Notes: generated by a model from the letters alone, not told the origin. A stretch of DNA of 64,000 bases from Acidobacteriota bacterium (GCA_963663035.1 OY760074.1:2080001-2144000); one strand, 5' to 3'; counted from the stretch's first letter, positions 45,717 through 56,601 are shown. Program-made: numbers and translations.

Positions 45717-46308
45717 CTATGATCTTCTTTCCCGAATAGAGGACTTGCTCAAGATCCTCCTGTAACCTTCTCTTGGAACGGCTGACACGAATTCTGGCAG
45801 CCAGCTCGGTTGTCTGGAGGGCCTGGGCAATTTCGGGGTAACTCAGTCCTTCCAGCTCGCGGAGGACAAAAGCCATCTTGTCCTTCTCATTCAGTCTCCC
45901 CATGAGTTTTTCAAGAAGCTCGAATAGCTCCTGAACATCCCTCTCACTCAAGGCACTTTGCTGACTGAACCGCTCATAAAGGTACTCGACCCGGCCTTCT
46001 TCATCTCGACCAAGATCCGCGAAAAGCTGAGTCTTGCGCTTTCGGGCTTTTCTGACCTCGTCCAGACAGGTATTGGCAGTGATCCGTGAGATCCACGCCT
46101 TCAGAGGTCGCTTTGCGTCAAAGGTCTCTAAGGATCGGAACACTTTTAGAAACACCTCTTGTGCCATATCCTCAACCTCATCTCGACGACCGAGATAATG
46201 GTAGATGATATGGAAAACCAGTCGCTGATAGCGTTCAACAATCTCCTCAAAAGCGTGGGGCTCACCTGCCAGAGTGGCCTTGACCAACTGCGCATCTGTT
46301 CTGGCCAT
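45709..46308 (-). CDS. ECF sigma-70 family sigma factor
   Basis: AFE.IV.RYQ, EDMAQEVFLK, WISRI..N.C.D, LSY.EIA..L. Confidence 0.93.
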   Translation of the reverse strand: MARTDAQLVKATLAGEPHAFEEIVERYQRLVFHIIYHYLGRRDEVEDMAQEVFLKVFRSLETFDAKRPLKAWISRITANTCLDEVRKARKRKTQLFADLGRDEEGRVEYLYERFSQQSALSERDVQELFELLEKLMGRLNEKDKMAFVLRELEGLSYPEIAQALQTTELAARIRVSRSKRRLQEDLEQVLYSGKKIIDA

Positions 46309-46350
46309 CCCCAGGAGTATATTACGTGGAGGGATGCCTTTGTTTCACTT

Positions 46351-47265
46351 TCAATCTTCCCTGCGACTGATTGTAGTCAGCATTCCATATCTTCCACTGA
46401 GCTTCTCCACCAACGGAAAGACCATCAGCAGAGGCTTCAAGATATAGTAAGGCAGACGGCTGCCAAAGTGTGCTTCCGACCAGTTGATCAAGCTGTACTT
46501 TAAACAGTGGAAATTCACCCTGGGTGAGAAAAACACGTGCTTGTAGACTGTCAGGTCTCTCTCCTTCAGGAGTATTTCCAGGGGGCCAGGAGCAAAATGG
46601 TACAAATGTCTGGGCACATCATCGAAAGCATACCAATGACGCTGAAACAAACGGGCCTGCAAGCTGTCGAAATTGGGCAGGGAAATAAAAAGCCACCCTC
46701 CAGGGCGAAGCAGTTGATGGACTCGCTTGAGCACCTCTCGGGATCGAGGCAAATGCTCCAGGACGTGCCAGAAGGTGATGACATCAAATGAGCCTTCGCG
46801 GAGCTGATGAGAGAAGATATCCCCTTCGATAAAACTGATATCCCGGATCTTCCCCCTCACAAGCTGAACCGTTTGCTCAGCAAACTCCACTCCTGATCTG
46901 TCCCATTTCCGAGAGTCAAGTGCCCACAGAAATTTTCCATCTCCGCATCCGACATCCAGGATCCGTCCTCTCCTAACATACCGTTCCACGAGATCCCGTT
47001 TTTCTGTCTCCCCCCGCCAGGAACGGCTTTTCTGAAGTTTCCCTGACAGAAAGGCTTCAATGGTGTGAACCGTGTCTCCGTGATAGGTGGGCGGATAGTG
47101 ATGCTTGATTTCATCCTCACTCAGTGAGGGCGTAGTCCAGCCAAACCCGCAACTTTGGCAGCGCTGGATCTCCCAAAGCTCTTCAGTCCGCTTGAGAACA
47201 CGGTCAAAGACGGTCGCAAAAGGCTTCCCATGCTGACAGAGACAAACCGGACAGTGCGCCGTCAA
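46351..47265 (-). CDS. Class I SAM-dependent methyltransferase with N-terminal Zn-ribbon
   Basis: CPVC...C.SCG, ILDVGCGDG, FDVIT.WHVLEH, PRHL.HF. Confidence 0.88.
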   Translation of the reverse strand: MTAHCPVCLCQHGKPFATVFDRVLKRTEELWEIQRCQSCGFGWTTPSLSEDEIKHHYPPTYHGDTVHTIEAFLSGKLQKSRSWRGETEKRDLVERYVRRGRILDVGCGDGKFLWALDSRKWDRSGVEFAEQTVQLVRGKIRDISFIEGDIFSHQLREGSFDVITFWHVLEHLPRSREVLKRVHQLLRPGGWLFISLPNFDSLQARLFQRHWYAFDDVPRHLYHFAPGPLEILLKERDLTVYKHVFFSPRVNFHCLKYSLINWSEAHFGSRLPYYILKPLLMVFPLVEKLSGRYGMLTTISRRED

Positions 47266-47359
47266 CTCACATGCCTCCTCATGTCGTGCTCAGTGCTTTG
47301 GTTTGCTCCTTGCACTTTCAACTTTCGCGTTTTGCTTTTCCTGTGTATCATTTTTCCCC

Positions 47360-48436
47360 ATGCAAGAACACAAATCAGTGGGCATTTCCTTACTGATTCT
47401 CTTTCTGGTCGTTCTCTATTTTGTCTTCCGGATCTTTCAACCTTTTCTCCTGCCCATTAGTCTGGCTATCGTCCTGGCCACCTTGTGTTACCCAGTCTTT
47501 AGTTGGACGTGTCGAAAACTGAGGAATCAGCGCAGCTGGGCGGCTTTACTCACCTGTATCTGGGTGACGGCCAGCATTATCATTCCCTTCGTCGTCCTGT
47601 TAATACTCGTGACGGGAGAAGTAACCGACGTCTACCAGCAGTTTCAGCGTAAATTGGAAAGCGGTGACTGGCAAGTTTTTCTTACTCTGCAGGACAATCC
47701 CTATCTCAGACCACTTATAGACTGGACACGCCAAAATATCGATTTGGGAGACTTAGACCTTATCGGCAGTTTGGGTGCTGCTCTTCAGCAGGTGAGTCTG
47801 TTTTTCCTGCGCCAAAGCACCACCATCCTGTCCGGTCTCTTCCACGTCATAGTGGATTTCCTGATCATGCTCGTCTGCATGTTCTTTCTCTTCCGAGATG
47901 GGGACCGTCTGATGGAGTTGCTGAAGACCTGGATCCCACTCTCGGAACACTTTAACCAAGTGATTTTCAAAAAATTCCAGGAGGTCGCCGGTGCCACCGT
48001 CATCGGGACCTTGCTGACGGCGTTGGCTCAGGGCGTTGCCGGGGGTCTGCTGTACTGGCTCCTGGGGATCCCAAATGCACTCTTGTGGGGATGTTTAACT
48101 GCCCTGTTCTCCTTGCTTCCTGTCGTGGGCACAGGCATCGTCTGGGTTCCCTGGGCAATTTTCTTCTTCCTGAGCGGATCTTGGATTCGGGGAATTATCC
48201 TGGTGGCTGGAGGCCTGGCTGTGGGAATGCTCGACAACGTCTTAAAGGCCATTCTCATCGAAGGAAAAGCCGAGATGCACACCCTGATCGTGTTTTTAGC
48301 TATCATGGGCGGAATCGGATATTTCGGGATCGTTGGCATGATCTTCGGGCCCATCATTGTGGCGCTGGCTCTGACGTTTTTGGAATTGTACAAGATGGAG
48401 TTTCAACAGGAAGTGGCCGGGCCGGAAGAAGAATGA
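47360..48436 (+). CDS. AI-2E family (PerM) transporter
   Basis: Multiple TMs, FFL.RDG, A.AQG, DN.LK, GG...FG..G...GP; start at ATG 47360. Confidence 0.9.
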   Translation: MQEHKSVGISLLILFLVVLYFVFRIFQPFLLPISLAIVLATLCYPVFSWTCRKLRNQRSWAALLTCIWVTASIIIPFVVLLILVTGEVTDVYQQFQRKLESGDWQVFLTLQDNPYLRPLIDWTRQNIDLGDLDLIGSLGAALQQVSLFFLRQSTTILSGLFHVIVDFLIMLVCMFFLFRDGDRLMELLKTWIPLSEHFNQVIFKKFQEVAGATVIGTLLTALAQGVAGGLLYWLLGIPNALLWGCLTALFSLLPVVGTGIVWVPWAIFFFLSGSWIRGIILVAGGLAVGMLDNVLKAILIEGKAEMHTLIVFLAIMGGIGYFGIVGMIFGPIIVALALTFLELYKMEFQQEVAGPEEE

Positions 48437-49461
48437 CCTTATATCAACGCTGGATTCACGGCCTAGAGCACAAACTGACCCTTCGCGATCCGCACCGCAG
48501 AATTTTCCCCTTTGACTGGGGCTTGGAGTGGGTCGGAAACAGTCACAATCCCGGTGAGACAGATCCGCTGACCTATCTGAAAGGGTACGCTCAGGAAGCC
48601 TTAGGTGACAGCGCTGCTTTTTTCAACCCGCCCCCACTTCAGAAGTATGTCATCGAGAATGATGTGTTGACAATGGCCACGCCCACGCCTTCACCCCATC
48701 CGGAAAACAATACGGTCTATGGTCGCTTGTTTAGAGCTCGCGGATCCGAAGCAGCGGTGATCGTTGTTCCTCAGTGGAACGCCGACCCCCAAAGTCATGT
48801 ACGGCTTTGCCAAGTCTTTAAACGCTTTGGCATCACAGCCATCCGGCTCTGCCTGCCCTACCATGAACGGCGCCTGCCCGCCCAGATGCAGCGAGCCGAC
48901 TACATGGTGAGCCCCAATATTGGTCGAACCCTACATGCAAACCGTCAAGCAGTTTTAGAAGTTCGCCAGTTGGCAGCCTGGCTCAGGGAACAAGGCTATA
49001 AGCAGGTAGCGGTAATGGGCACAAGTGTCGGATCGTGTGTGTCCTACCTGGCCTTCGTTCATGACCCGTCGATTTGCACCGGAGTGTTTAACCATATCTC
49101 GTCCCACTTTGCCGATGTGATCTGGACCGGCCTTTCCACTCGATACATCCGCTGGGGTCTGGAAGGCAACATCTCCCTGGCTGATTTACGTGAGTGCTGG
49201 GCCCCGATTAGTCCCTGGTTTTTCATTGATCGTCTGAAAAAGTGCTCTCGTCCTCATCTTCTCATCACCGCCAAGTATGATCTCACCTTCAGGCCCGAAC
49301 TCACTGAAAAAGTATTGCATCAATACCAGACTCATGACATTCCCTACCAGAAGGTTGTACTGCCCTGCGGTCACTACACCACAGCCAGGTTTCCTTTCAA
49401 ATATCTGGATGGTTGGCATATGTGTCGGTATCTGATCCGCCAGCTTTCCCCTGATAGTTGA
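48433..49461 (+). CDS. Alpha/beta hydrolase family protein
   Basis: GTSVGS nucleophile elbow, A.YD, PCGHYT; start ATG 48433 overlaps the upstream stop. Confidence 0.82.
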   Translation: MTLYQRWIHGLEHKLTLRDPHRRIFPFDWGLEWVGNSHNPGETDPLTYLKGYAQEALGDSAAFFNPPPLQKYVIENDVLTMATPTPSPHPENNTVYGRLFRARGSEAAVIVVPQWNADPQSHVRLCQVFKRFGITAIRLCLPYHERRLPAQMQRADYMVSPNIGRTLHANRQAVLEVRQLAAWLREQGYKQVAVMGTSVGSCVSYLAFVHDPSICTGVFNHISSHFADVIWTGLSTRYIRWGLEGNISLADLRECWAPISPWFFIDRLKKCSRPHLLITAKYDLTFRPELTEKVLHQYQTHDIPYQKVVLPCGHYTTARFPFKYLDGWHMCRYLIRQLSPDS

Positions 49462-49468
49462 AGAAACC

Positions 49469-50023
49469 ATGCTCAAGAACATTCTCCTGACCGGCCATCC
49501 GGGTGTCGGCAAAACGACTTTGTTAAAGACAATCATCCAACGATGTTCCCACCTGGCACTAACCGGTTTCTACACCGAAGAGATTCGGGAAGGAGGTTTC
49601 CGGGTAGGTTTTAGAGCCGTTGCAATGAACGGAAGCTCTTGCGTTTTCGCTCATCGCACCTTTCAAACCAGCGCAGACCACCGTTTTGGGAAGTATGGGG
49701 TCAGACCTGAGATACTGGAGAGGCTGGCCCTTCCTCATCTGTCCCCCTACCGCAAGGCTGCTGATCTGGTGGTGGTCGATGAAATAGCCAAAATGGAATT
49801 GCTTTCCATGCCGATCCGAGAAGGTCTGCTTCAAGCCTTGGACTCGGATTGCCCGCTACTGGGTACGATCTCCCTGAAGGGCACCGGTGTTATCAAACGA
49901 GTGAAGGAGAGAGAAGACGTGGAGCTCTTCAAACTCACCCCCCAGAATCGGGACGTTTTAGGAGAACAAGTGTACCGACAGCTGGAGAAAGTGCTAAAGC
50001 AGCACAGCCGGAAGACCGGCTGA
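49469..50023 (+). CDS. Nucleoside-triphosphatase, THEP1/NTPase_1 family
   Basis: TGHPGVGKTT, GFYT.E.R..G.R.GF, VVDEI.KMEL. Confidence 0.92.
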   Translation: MLKNILLTGHPGVGKTTLLKTIIQRCSHLALTGFYTEEIREGGFRVGFRAVAMNGSSCVFAHRTFQTSADHRFGKYGVRPEILERLALPHLSPYRKAADLVVVDEIAKMELLSMPIREGLLQALDSDCPLLGTISLKGTGVIKRVKEREDVELFKLTPQNRDVLGEQVYRQLEKVLKQHSRKTG

Positions 50024-50056
50024 CAACTGACGACTAACCGCTGACCGCTGACCAGC
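50020..50056. repeat. Heptamer array (CTGAC-NN) starting at the NTPase stop
   Basis: ctgacaa ctgacga ctaaccg ctgaccg ctgacca. Confidence 0.8.
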
Positions 50057-50108
50057 CTGGAATCCACTTTTGGCCTTCCCCTCCCCTATCGGTTATCATA
50101 TGCCGGTT

Positions 50109-50915
50109 ATGAAGTATCCCTTAGAAGACCAGTGGGCTCTGATACTGGGTGCTTCCAGTGGGTTTGGTGCGGCAACTGCCATAGAACTGGCCCGCGCCGG
50201 AATGGACATCTTCGGCGTGCATCTGGATCGCAAGGCTACCCTCCACAAGGTGGAGGAAATCCGTCAAGAGATCGAGGCCACAGGAAGAAGGAGCGTCTTC
50301 TTCAATATCAACGCAGCGGACGTTGACAAGCGCGAGGCAGCTCTGGATCAAATGCAAGATAACGTCAGCGAGAAAGGGAGTCACATCACAGTTCGGGTTT
50401 TTCTGCACTCGCTAGCCTTTGGAAGTCTGGGCCGTTATTTTCCGACTAATTCTGGGAAACCGATCACCCCTGGTCAGATGAATATGACCGTGGATGTTAT
50501 GGCTCACTCGCTGGTTTACTGGGTGCAGGGTTTAATGACTCGAGAAATGCTTACCGAGGGCTCGAAAATCTATGCCATGACCAGCTCGGGCGGCCACACG
50601 GTTTGGCCCGAATATGGCCCGGTCTCAGCCGCCAAAGCCGCCCTGGAATCACACATTCGCCAGATCGCACTGGAATTGGCACCTCAGGGCATCACCGCTA
50701 ACGCCGTGCAGGCAGGTGTGACCGATACTCCGGCGCTGCGCAAGATTCCCGGGCATGAAGAAATCATGAAGACTGCGACCCGCTGCAATCCCAGCGGCCG
50801 ATTGACCACCCCAGAAGATGTGGGGCAGGCGATCGTTGCAATGAGTCACCCTTATACTCACTGGATGACCGGCACTGTGATTCGAGTGGATGGGGGAGAA
50901 GACATCGCTGGATAA
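50109..50915 (+). CDS. SDR oxidoreductase, enoyl-ACP reductase (FabL/FabI-like)
   Basis: LILGASSGFG, YGPVSAAKAALE (Yx6K), NP.GRLT.PEDV; start 50100 or 50109. Confidence 0.85.
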   Translation: MKYPLEDQWALILGASSGFGAATAIELARAGMDIFGVHLDRKATLHKVEEIRQEIEATGRRSVFFNINAADVDKREAALDQMQDNVSEKGSHITVRVFLHSLAFGSLGRYFPTNSGKPITPGQMNMTVDVMAHSLVYWVQGLMTREMLTEGSKIYAMTSSGGHTVWPEYGPVSAAKAALESHIRQIALELAPQGITANAVQAGVTDTPALRKIPGHEEIMKTATRCNPSGRLTTPEDVGQAIVAMSHPYTHWMTGTVIRVDGGEDIAG

Positions 50916-51035
50916 CAACGGCGCCTCACCAAGGAGAGTCTCCGCCTCTTTTGACCTTTCAGCTCGGTAAAGCCTGGGGAGACTGTCCGCTAGAAAACTG
51001 CAAAACCTGCCCGTGGCTGGCAAGGAAAGTGTCTG

Positions 51036-52298
51036 ATGCTGAAAATACCTCCGATTGAGATTGAAGAACACAAATTGGAGAACGGACTGCAGGTTTTGCT
51101 GCATCGGGACACCCGAGTTCCGCTGGTTCACCTGAGCATTCACTATCGAGTGGGATCGAGCTACGAGAAGCCAGGTCTCTCCGGATTCGCCCATCTCTTT
51201 GAGCATATGATGTTTCAAGGCTCCGAAAATGTGGCCAAGAACGAGCACGGGAACTATATCGACAATGCTGGAGGTCGTTGGAATGCCACCACCGGTAAGG
51301 ATCGGACCAACTACTATGAGACGGTGCCGTCTCAGTATCTGGAGTTGGCTTTGTGGCTGGAGTCCGACCGGATGAGGTCCTTAAAGGTCACTCAAGAGAG
51401 CTTCGAGAATCAACGTCAAACGGTCATCGAAGAGAAAAAGCAAAGTTATGACAATCGGCCCTATGGGCTGGCGACTTTGAGATTTGAGCAACTGGCTTAC
51501 CAGAACTGGGCCTATGCCCATCCCATCATCGGCGCAGTGGAGGATCTCCAGAACTCCACCCTGGAAGACGCTGCCAAGTTCCATCAGACCTACTACGGCC
51601 CAGGCAATGCGACGTTAGTCCTTTCTGGAGATACGGGTGACGGGGCTGCCCTCAAGAAGGTCCAACAGTACTTTGGAGCAATCTGCGACAGGACCCATCC
51701 CGAGGTTCCCGACCTGGCGGAGCCGGAGCAAACTGCCGAGAAAGTCGACAAGATGAAGGATCCGCTGGCAGTCTTGCCGGCGGCTTATGCCGGCTATCAC
51801 ATGCCGGCACTGGGTTCACCGGAGTTCTATGCCATGTCTGTGCTTGGATTTGTCCTCTCCCACGGAGAGTCCTCGCGTCTTTATCGGAAACTGATCTACC
51901 ACAACAACTGGGTGAGCGGTCTCTCGGTGGGACCGAACCAATATAAAGGACCACAGCTTTTCTTTATCTGGTTTCAGGTCCAGAGCGCCGTCAATGTCGA
52001 TGAGGTCTTGCAGGCCATGGACCAGGAGTTGGAGGCTATTCGGGAAAAAAAGATCCCTGTTGCGGAGATAGAGAAGGCTAAAACTCAGATCACGTTCCAC
52101 TTTGTGGCACAAATGGCCAAGGTGGCCCGAATCGGAGAGCTCCTGGCTCACTACGCTCTTTTCTTCGGGGATCCCCACAGGATCAACCAGGAACTGGATC
52201 GTTACCTGGCGGTCACCCAAGACGATATTCTTCAAGCCGCCCAGCAGGTGTTCCGCCCCCAGAACCGAACCTTGATCCTGGTCGAACCTGGAACTTGA
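51036..52298 (+). CDS. M16 family zinc peptidase, catalytic subunit
   Basis: SG.AHLFEHMMF.GS (HxxEH), NA.T..DRT.Y. Confidence 0.93.
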   Translation: MLKIPPIEIEEHKLENGLQVLLHRDTRVPLVHLSIHYRVGSSYEKPGLSGFAHLFEHMMFQGSENVAKNEHGNYIDNAGGRWNATTGKDRTNYYETVPSQYLELALWLESDRMRSLKVTQESFENQRQTVIEEKKQSYDNRPYGLATLRFEQLAYQNWAYAHPIIGAVEDLQNSTLEDAAKFHQTYYGPGNATLVLSGDTGDGAALKKVQQYFGAICDRTHPEVPDLAEPEQTAEKVDKMKDPLAVLPAAYAGYHMPALGSPEFYAMSVLGFVLSHGESSRLYRKLIYHNNWVSGLSVGPNQYKGPQLFFIWFQVQSAVNVDEVLQAMDQELEAIREKKIPVAEIEKAKTQITFHFVAQMAKVARIGELLAHYALFFGDPHRINQELDRYLAVTQDDILQAAQQVFRPQNRTLILVEPGT

Positions 52299-52301
52299 AA
52301 C

Positions 52302-53645
52302 ATGAAAGCCCCTGCGCCCGGTATTGAGAAAAACATTTCCTATCCGGAGATCCCTGACCAGCAGCTCGCCAACGGACTTCGAGTTCTGGTGGTCCAGGAT
52401 GATCGTCTGCCCCAACTCTTTTTGACGCTGGTCTTTCCAGGAGGGCGGGTTTACAACCCCGACGAAAATCTGGCCCTGGTTTCGCTGGCGGCAGAGTCGA
52501 TCAAGAGTGGAACTCAATCCCGCTCTGCCCGTGACATTTCCGATCTCCTCGATCGGAGGGCCATAGAATACGACAGTGAGGTCCTCATGGAGCACAGTTC
52601 CGTCTCCATGACCTTTATGGAGAACCAGCTGGATCCTGCACTGGAACTTCTCGGGGATATGGTTTCCAACGCCAGTTTTCCCGAGGATGAGTTAAAGAAA
52701 CTCAAGGTGCGGTGGAAAAGCCACCTGATTGCTCAGCGCTCGCAACCGGGCTTCCTGGCCAACGAATGCGTCTTCAAGACTGTTTATGCGAACCATCCCT
52801 ATTCCAAGGTCAGCATGACACCCGAGCACCTGGAAAAGGCGAACCGAGAATCGGTCCAGGCTACCTATCGACATCATTGGGTTCCACAAAACGCTCATCT
52901 TCTATTGGCTGGTCCAGTCAATGGGAAGCAGGCCCGCGAACTGGGGAAACGTTTCCTGGGAACCTGGGGAAACGGAGAGGCACCTTCTATCTCCTATCCA
53001 CGGCCGGCCGACTTGGAGGGCCGCGTCGTCTGCTTGGTTCACCGTCCCCATTCCGCCCAGTCTCAGATCCTGGTGGCGGGACGAACACTCCCCAAGGGAG
53101 ACCCCGATGCCATTGCTCTCAAAGTCGCCAACCAGGTGCTGGGTGGCGGGGGAAGTGCTCGCCTGTTCCTCAACTTGCGTGAAGAAAAAGGCTACACCTA
53201 TGGTGCCTTCAGTCAACTGAAGAGCTATCGTCACGATGGACTCTTTCTGGCCGGAGCAAGCGTCAAGACGGAAGTCACCCGAGAGTCCATCGAAGAGATT
53301 CTGAAGGAGTTGGAACTCCTGCGTGAGCAGCCCCCTGACGAAAGAGAGCTGAAACGCAGTCAACAGGAATTGATCGGAAGTTTTATTCGCCAGATGGAGA
53401 CACCTGCTTCAATCGGTGTTCTGGAACTCGACCGCCGGATTCATCAGCTGCCGGATGATTTTTTTAGCAATTTTATTCCTGCAGTTCGGGGAGTCACGGC
53501 TCAGAAAGTCCTGGAGATGGCACGAAGCTTTTTTGATCCAGAGCGACTGGTGGTTGTCGTAGTGGCCGACCGTGAGCATGTGGAACATGAGCTCAAACAG
53601 GTGGGGGAGTTGCGTGTTTACGACACCAACGGCAATGTAATATAG
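52302..53645 (+). CDS. M16 family peptidase, non-catalytic partner
   Basis: M16 fold without HxxEH; LGGG.S.RL..NLRE.KGYTYG. Confidence 0.9.
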   Translation: MKAPAPGIEKNISYPEIPDQQLANGLRVLVVQDDRLPQLFLTLVFPGGRVYNPDENLALVSLAAESIKSGTQSRSARDISDLLDRRAIEYDSEVLMEHSSVSMTFMENQLDPALELLGDMVSNASFPEDELKKLKVRWKSHLIAQRSQPGFLANECVFKTVYANHPYSKVSMTPEHLEKANRESVQATYRHHWVPQNAHLLLAGPVNGKQARELGKRFLGTWGNGEAPSISYPRPADLEGRVVCLVHRPHSAQSQILVAGRTLPKGDPDAIALKVANQVLGGGGSARLFLNLREEKGYTYGAFSQLKSYRHDGLFLAGASVKTEVTRESIEEILKELELLREQPPDERELKRSQQELIGSFIRQMETPASIGVLELDRRIHQLPDDFFSNFIPAVRGVTAQKVLEMARSFFDPERLVVVVVADREHVEHELKQVGELRVYDTNGNVI

Positions 53646-53680
53646 TTCTGTTAGGAAGCGATCATCCAGGAGGATAGAGC

Positions 53681-53989
53681 GTGTCTTCAGAAGAACATTA
53701 CAAGAAAGGGATGGAGCATTTTGCCGAGGATCAACTTGAACTGGCGATCGAGGAGCTGAACAAGGCCGTTGAAGCAGACCCCCAATTCGGAGACGCCCTA
53801 CATGCTCTGACCATGTGCTACTACCATCACAAAGATCTGGATCAAGCTCTCAAATACGGCAAACAATTACAGGCCCTGGAACCTTCCAACCCTCTCGCCT
53901 ACACCAGCCTCTCCATGATCTATAACGCCAAGGGAATGATCCAGGAAGCAGAGGAAATGGGGGCCAAGGCCAGGACTGAAGAGCAGTGA
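53681..53989 (+). CDS. Tetratricopeptide-repeat protein
   Basis: A.....KA...DP....A...L...Y TPR pattern; AGGAGG RBS. Confidence 0.82.
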   Translation: MSSEEHYKKGMEHFAEDQLELAIEELNKAVEADPQFGDALHALTMCYYHHKDLDQALKYGKQLQALEPSNPLAYTSLSMIYNAKGMIQEAEEMGAKARTEEQ

Positions 53990-54840
53990 TGGCTGACAGG
54001 AAGAGTCGCAGAACAATCCTGAAAATGCTCGGATACATCGTTGTGGGCTCAGGTGTGACTGCTCTAGGAGTCTATAAGTACAGCACTCGAATCGAGACAG
54101 GATGGCTGCAAACTGAGAGAGTGACCATTCCGGTCAAACGTCTAGGATCCTCCTTCGAAGGATTTAAGATAGTACTCTTGAGTGATTTTCATCTCTATCC
54201 CTATACCGAGATTGAACTGATAGAACGGGCAGTTAGCGCGGCAAATAGCCTAAAGCCTGACTTAACTTTGCTGGGTGGAGATTATGTGCTTGCCAGAGGT
54301 GACTCGATTTTTCAATTGGCCCCTGTTCTTGCCCAACTCAACGCGAAACATGGCGTATTTTCAGTCTTGGGAAATTACGATTACTGGAGAAACGAAAAAA
54401 TCATTGGCCGGGGCCTGGAGGAGTCAGGCTTGCCTCTTCTCCGAAATTCCGGCCTCACCATCAGCATGGGTCGAGACAGAATGTTTCTGGCGGGCTTAGA
54501 TGACGGATGGCAGCGCCGCCACGATCTCTCCCAGGCACTTGAAAAGCGCCCCGAGGGTGTGCCCACCATCCTGCTCATGCATGAACCTGACTTTGCCGAC
54601 ACTTTCAGTGCTGATAACAGGATCTCCCTGCAGTTGTCCGGACACAGCCATGGTGGTCAGGTGCGATTCCCCGGCTATGGCGCTCCTGTATTGCCCCGCT
54701 ATGGCAGAAAGTATGATCAGGGCCTCTATCGCGTTGGCAACATGTGGGTCTATACCACACGTGGAATTGGAGTCACCGACCCTCCCGTGCGTTTCAATTG
54801 TCGGCCTGAAGTGACAGAAATCACACTGACTCGAGCTTAG
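53986..54840 (+). CDS. Metallophosphoesterase (YkuE-like)
   Basis: SDFH, GGDY, LGNYD, HEPD, GHSHGGQ, TRGIG...R.NC.PE. Confidence 0.9.
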   Translation: MMADRKSRRTILKMLGYIVVGSGVTALGVYKYSTRIETGWLQTERVTIPVKRLGSSFEGFKIVLLSDFHLYPYTEIELIERAVSAANSLKPDLTLLGGDYVLARGDSIFQLAPVLAQLNAKHGVFSVLGNYDYWRNEKIIGRGLEESGLPLLRNSGLTISMGRDRMFLAGLDDGWQRRHDLSQALEKRPEGVPTILLMHEPDFADTFSADNRISLQLSGHSHGGQVRFPGYGAPVLPRYGRKYDQGLYRVGNMWVYTTRGIGVTDPPVRFNCRPEVTEITLTRA

Positions 54841-54963
54841 TGCTCAAGGCTGGAGAGGGTGAAAGATAAATCTCGACATCCAAGCTGGTCTGTCTGAAAA
54901 CCCACTTTTTGAGAAGAGGACCCTGCTTCATGCTTGACAATATTATGCAGAGGCGTAGGCTAG

Positions 54964-56601
54964 CCGCAATTATTCATAAGTTTGGGGTGAGTGTCGATTT
55001 TCTGCGGAAGTTCAGGGCTGAGAGTGTGTTCAGGTGCGATTACAAGGCGTCCAAGCTTGTTGAGCCGAATAGAGATGAAGCGAGAGCCCCTTCCGGAAAC
55101 AGCTCGGCCCGCAGGGGGCTGTATATCTGTGTTGGCGCAGGGAGTCAGGGGACCGTCAGGTGGGACACAGACGGTGCATCAGTAATGCGAAGAGCTTTTG
55201 TTCGGGATAAGACGATGCCAGGTGCACCCAGATGCGACGAGAAGTTTCCCGAACCCGGGCACCGATTTTGAACAGGCGGCGGCGGAGCGTCTCAATCTCC
55301 AGGTTGTGCCAGGGAGTCCCGCACAGGTAATCCCGCAGGCGCAGGATTAAGACATAGGCCAGGGCGTGGATGAAGAGTCGGAACTGGTTGGCCAGGAAAC
55401 GGTGGCAGCTCAAGCGATCCATGGCCAGATCTTTTTTGAAAGCTTTCACGAAGTTCTCGCACTGGCCCCGTCCGATGTAGTGGTCATACAGCTGCCCGGC
55501 CGTGAGATCCTGGCGGTTGGTGACCACAAAGCGACGGTTGAACCCGCGCTCGCTCACTTCCACCTTGGCCACCATGCGCCGCTCCCGGTCCCAACTGTCG
55601 GCCTGATAGACGAGCTCGGTGAACTGGCGTTGCTTTTCTCCTGAGTCGTCATAGTCTGCTTGCACCTGCTCAACCAAGGGCTCGACGGTGGCCGCCAGCC
55701 GGGAGTTGCGGGCAAAGCCCACCACATACTGCAGTTTTTCCTCCTCACAGAACTCGTACAGTGCCGGCGTCGCAAAGCCACTGTCGGCTCGCACTTCGAT
55801 CGGAACATCGGATCCCAGAACCTGGCGCATCCGGGCCACCACCCGTTTGAGAACCGCCACCGCGTGGGCGGCCGCCCCCTGGTTGCCGGGCCGCAGTAGC
55901 GCACATACCAGATCGCCCGTCTCGCCATCGAATAGCAGCAGCGGATGATACATGTGCTCGCGATAATAGCCGTGGTAAAAGCTGAACTCCTGCTGCCCAT
56001 GCGTGACGTCATCCGTGCTGTCGATGTCCAGGATGATCTTCTCGGGCCGGCTCTTCTTGCGGTGCTTCAAGTAGGTCTCCAGCAGCCACTGTCCCAGGCG
56101 AGTGAGATCCTTCGAGTCCACCGAGTTCTCCAGTCGCGACAGCGTGGGTTGAGAAGCCAGATCCGGATCGCTTTCCGGCAGCCGATCACACACGGTCTTG
56201 AAGATGGGATCCGAGCGCAAGCTGTCGGCATCGTTGCAGTCCTCATAGCCGGCCACGATCTGAAAGCTGCGCTGGGTGAGCAGTTCGCGAATCTGGTGGC
56301 GGACGTAGCGGCTATCTCGAGCGTCCTTCAGGCAGGAGGCAAAGCCAGCCGTCAGTCCGTGCTGTTGATCCAGGGCGTACAGACACAGCAGCCCGGCATC
56401 GGAGGAGAGCCGGCCTCCATCGAATCGAGCCACCACTTTTCTGTCAGGGTGAGATGGCAAGTTGATCTGGCAGACTGATGCATCGCTGGGCCGTACCTTT
56501 TTGGTTTGGAGTTGTTTCATAACCCCTTTTATATCAAAGAGGTACGGCATCTTTTTGTGCCCTCGATCAGACCCCTTCTTCAGAATTTATGAATAATCCG
56601 G
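54964..56601 (-). mobile_element. IS1380-family insertion sequence
   Basis: TIRs CCGCAATTATTCATAA / TTATGAATAATCCGGG; CTAG duplicated at 54960-63 and 56602-05. Confidence 0.9.
55156..56550 (-). CDS. IS1380-family DDE transposase
   Basis: FDGG.LSSDAG, GYED.ND...LR.DP, LASQPTLSRLEN, LDIDSTDD..HG.Q, RADSGF, Y..RG..EN..K. Confidence 0.95.
   Translation of the reverse strand: MPYLFDIKGVMKQLQTKKVRPSDASVCQINLPSHPDRKVVARFDGGRLSSDAGLLCLYALDQQHGLTAGFASCLKDARDSRYVRHQIRELLTQRSFQIVAGYEDCNDADSLRSDPIFKTVCDRLPESDPDLASQPTLSRLENSVDSKDLTRLGQWLLETYLKHRKKSRPEKIILDIDSTDDVTHGQQEFSFYHGYYREHMYHPLLLFDGETGDLVCALLRPGNQGAAAHAVAVLKRVVARMRQVLGSDVPIEVRADSGFATPALYEFCEEEKLQYVVGFARNSRLAATVEPLVEQVQADYDDSGEKQRQFTELVYQADSWDRERRMVAKVEVSERGFNRRFVVTNRQDLTAGQLYDHYIGRGQCENFVKAFKKDLAMDRLSCHRFLANQFRLFIHALAYVLILRLRDYLCGTPWHNLEIETLRRRLFKIGARVRETSRRIWVHLASSYPEQKLFALLMHRLCPT

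Noticed and set aside
48085-48432. N-terminal extension of the hydrolase ORF
   Set aside because: Overlaps the AI-2E transporter in another frame; a coupled ATG exists at 48433
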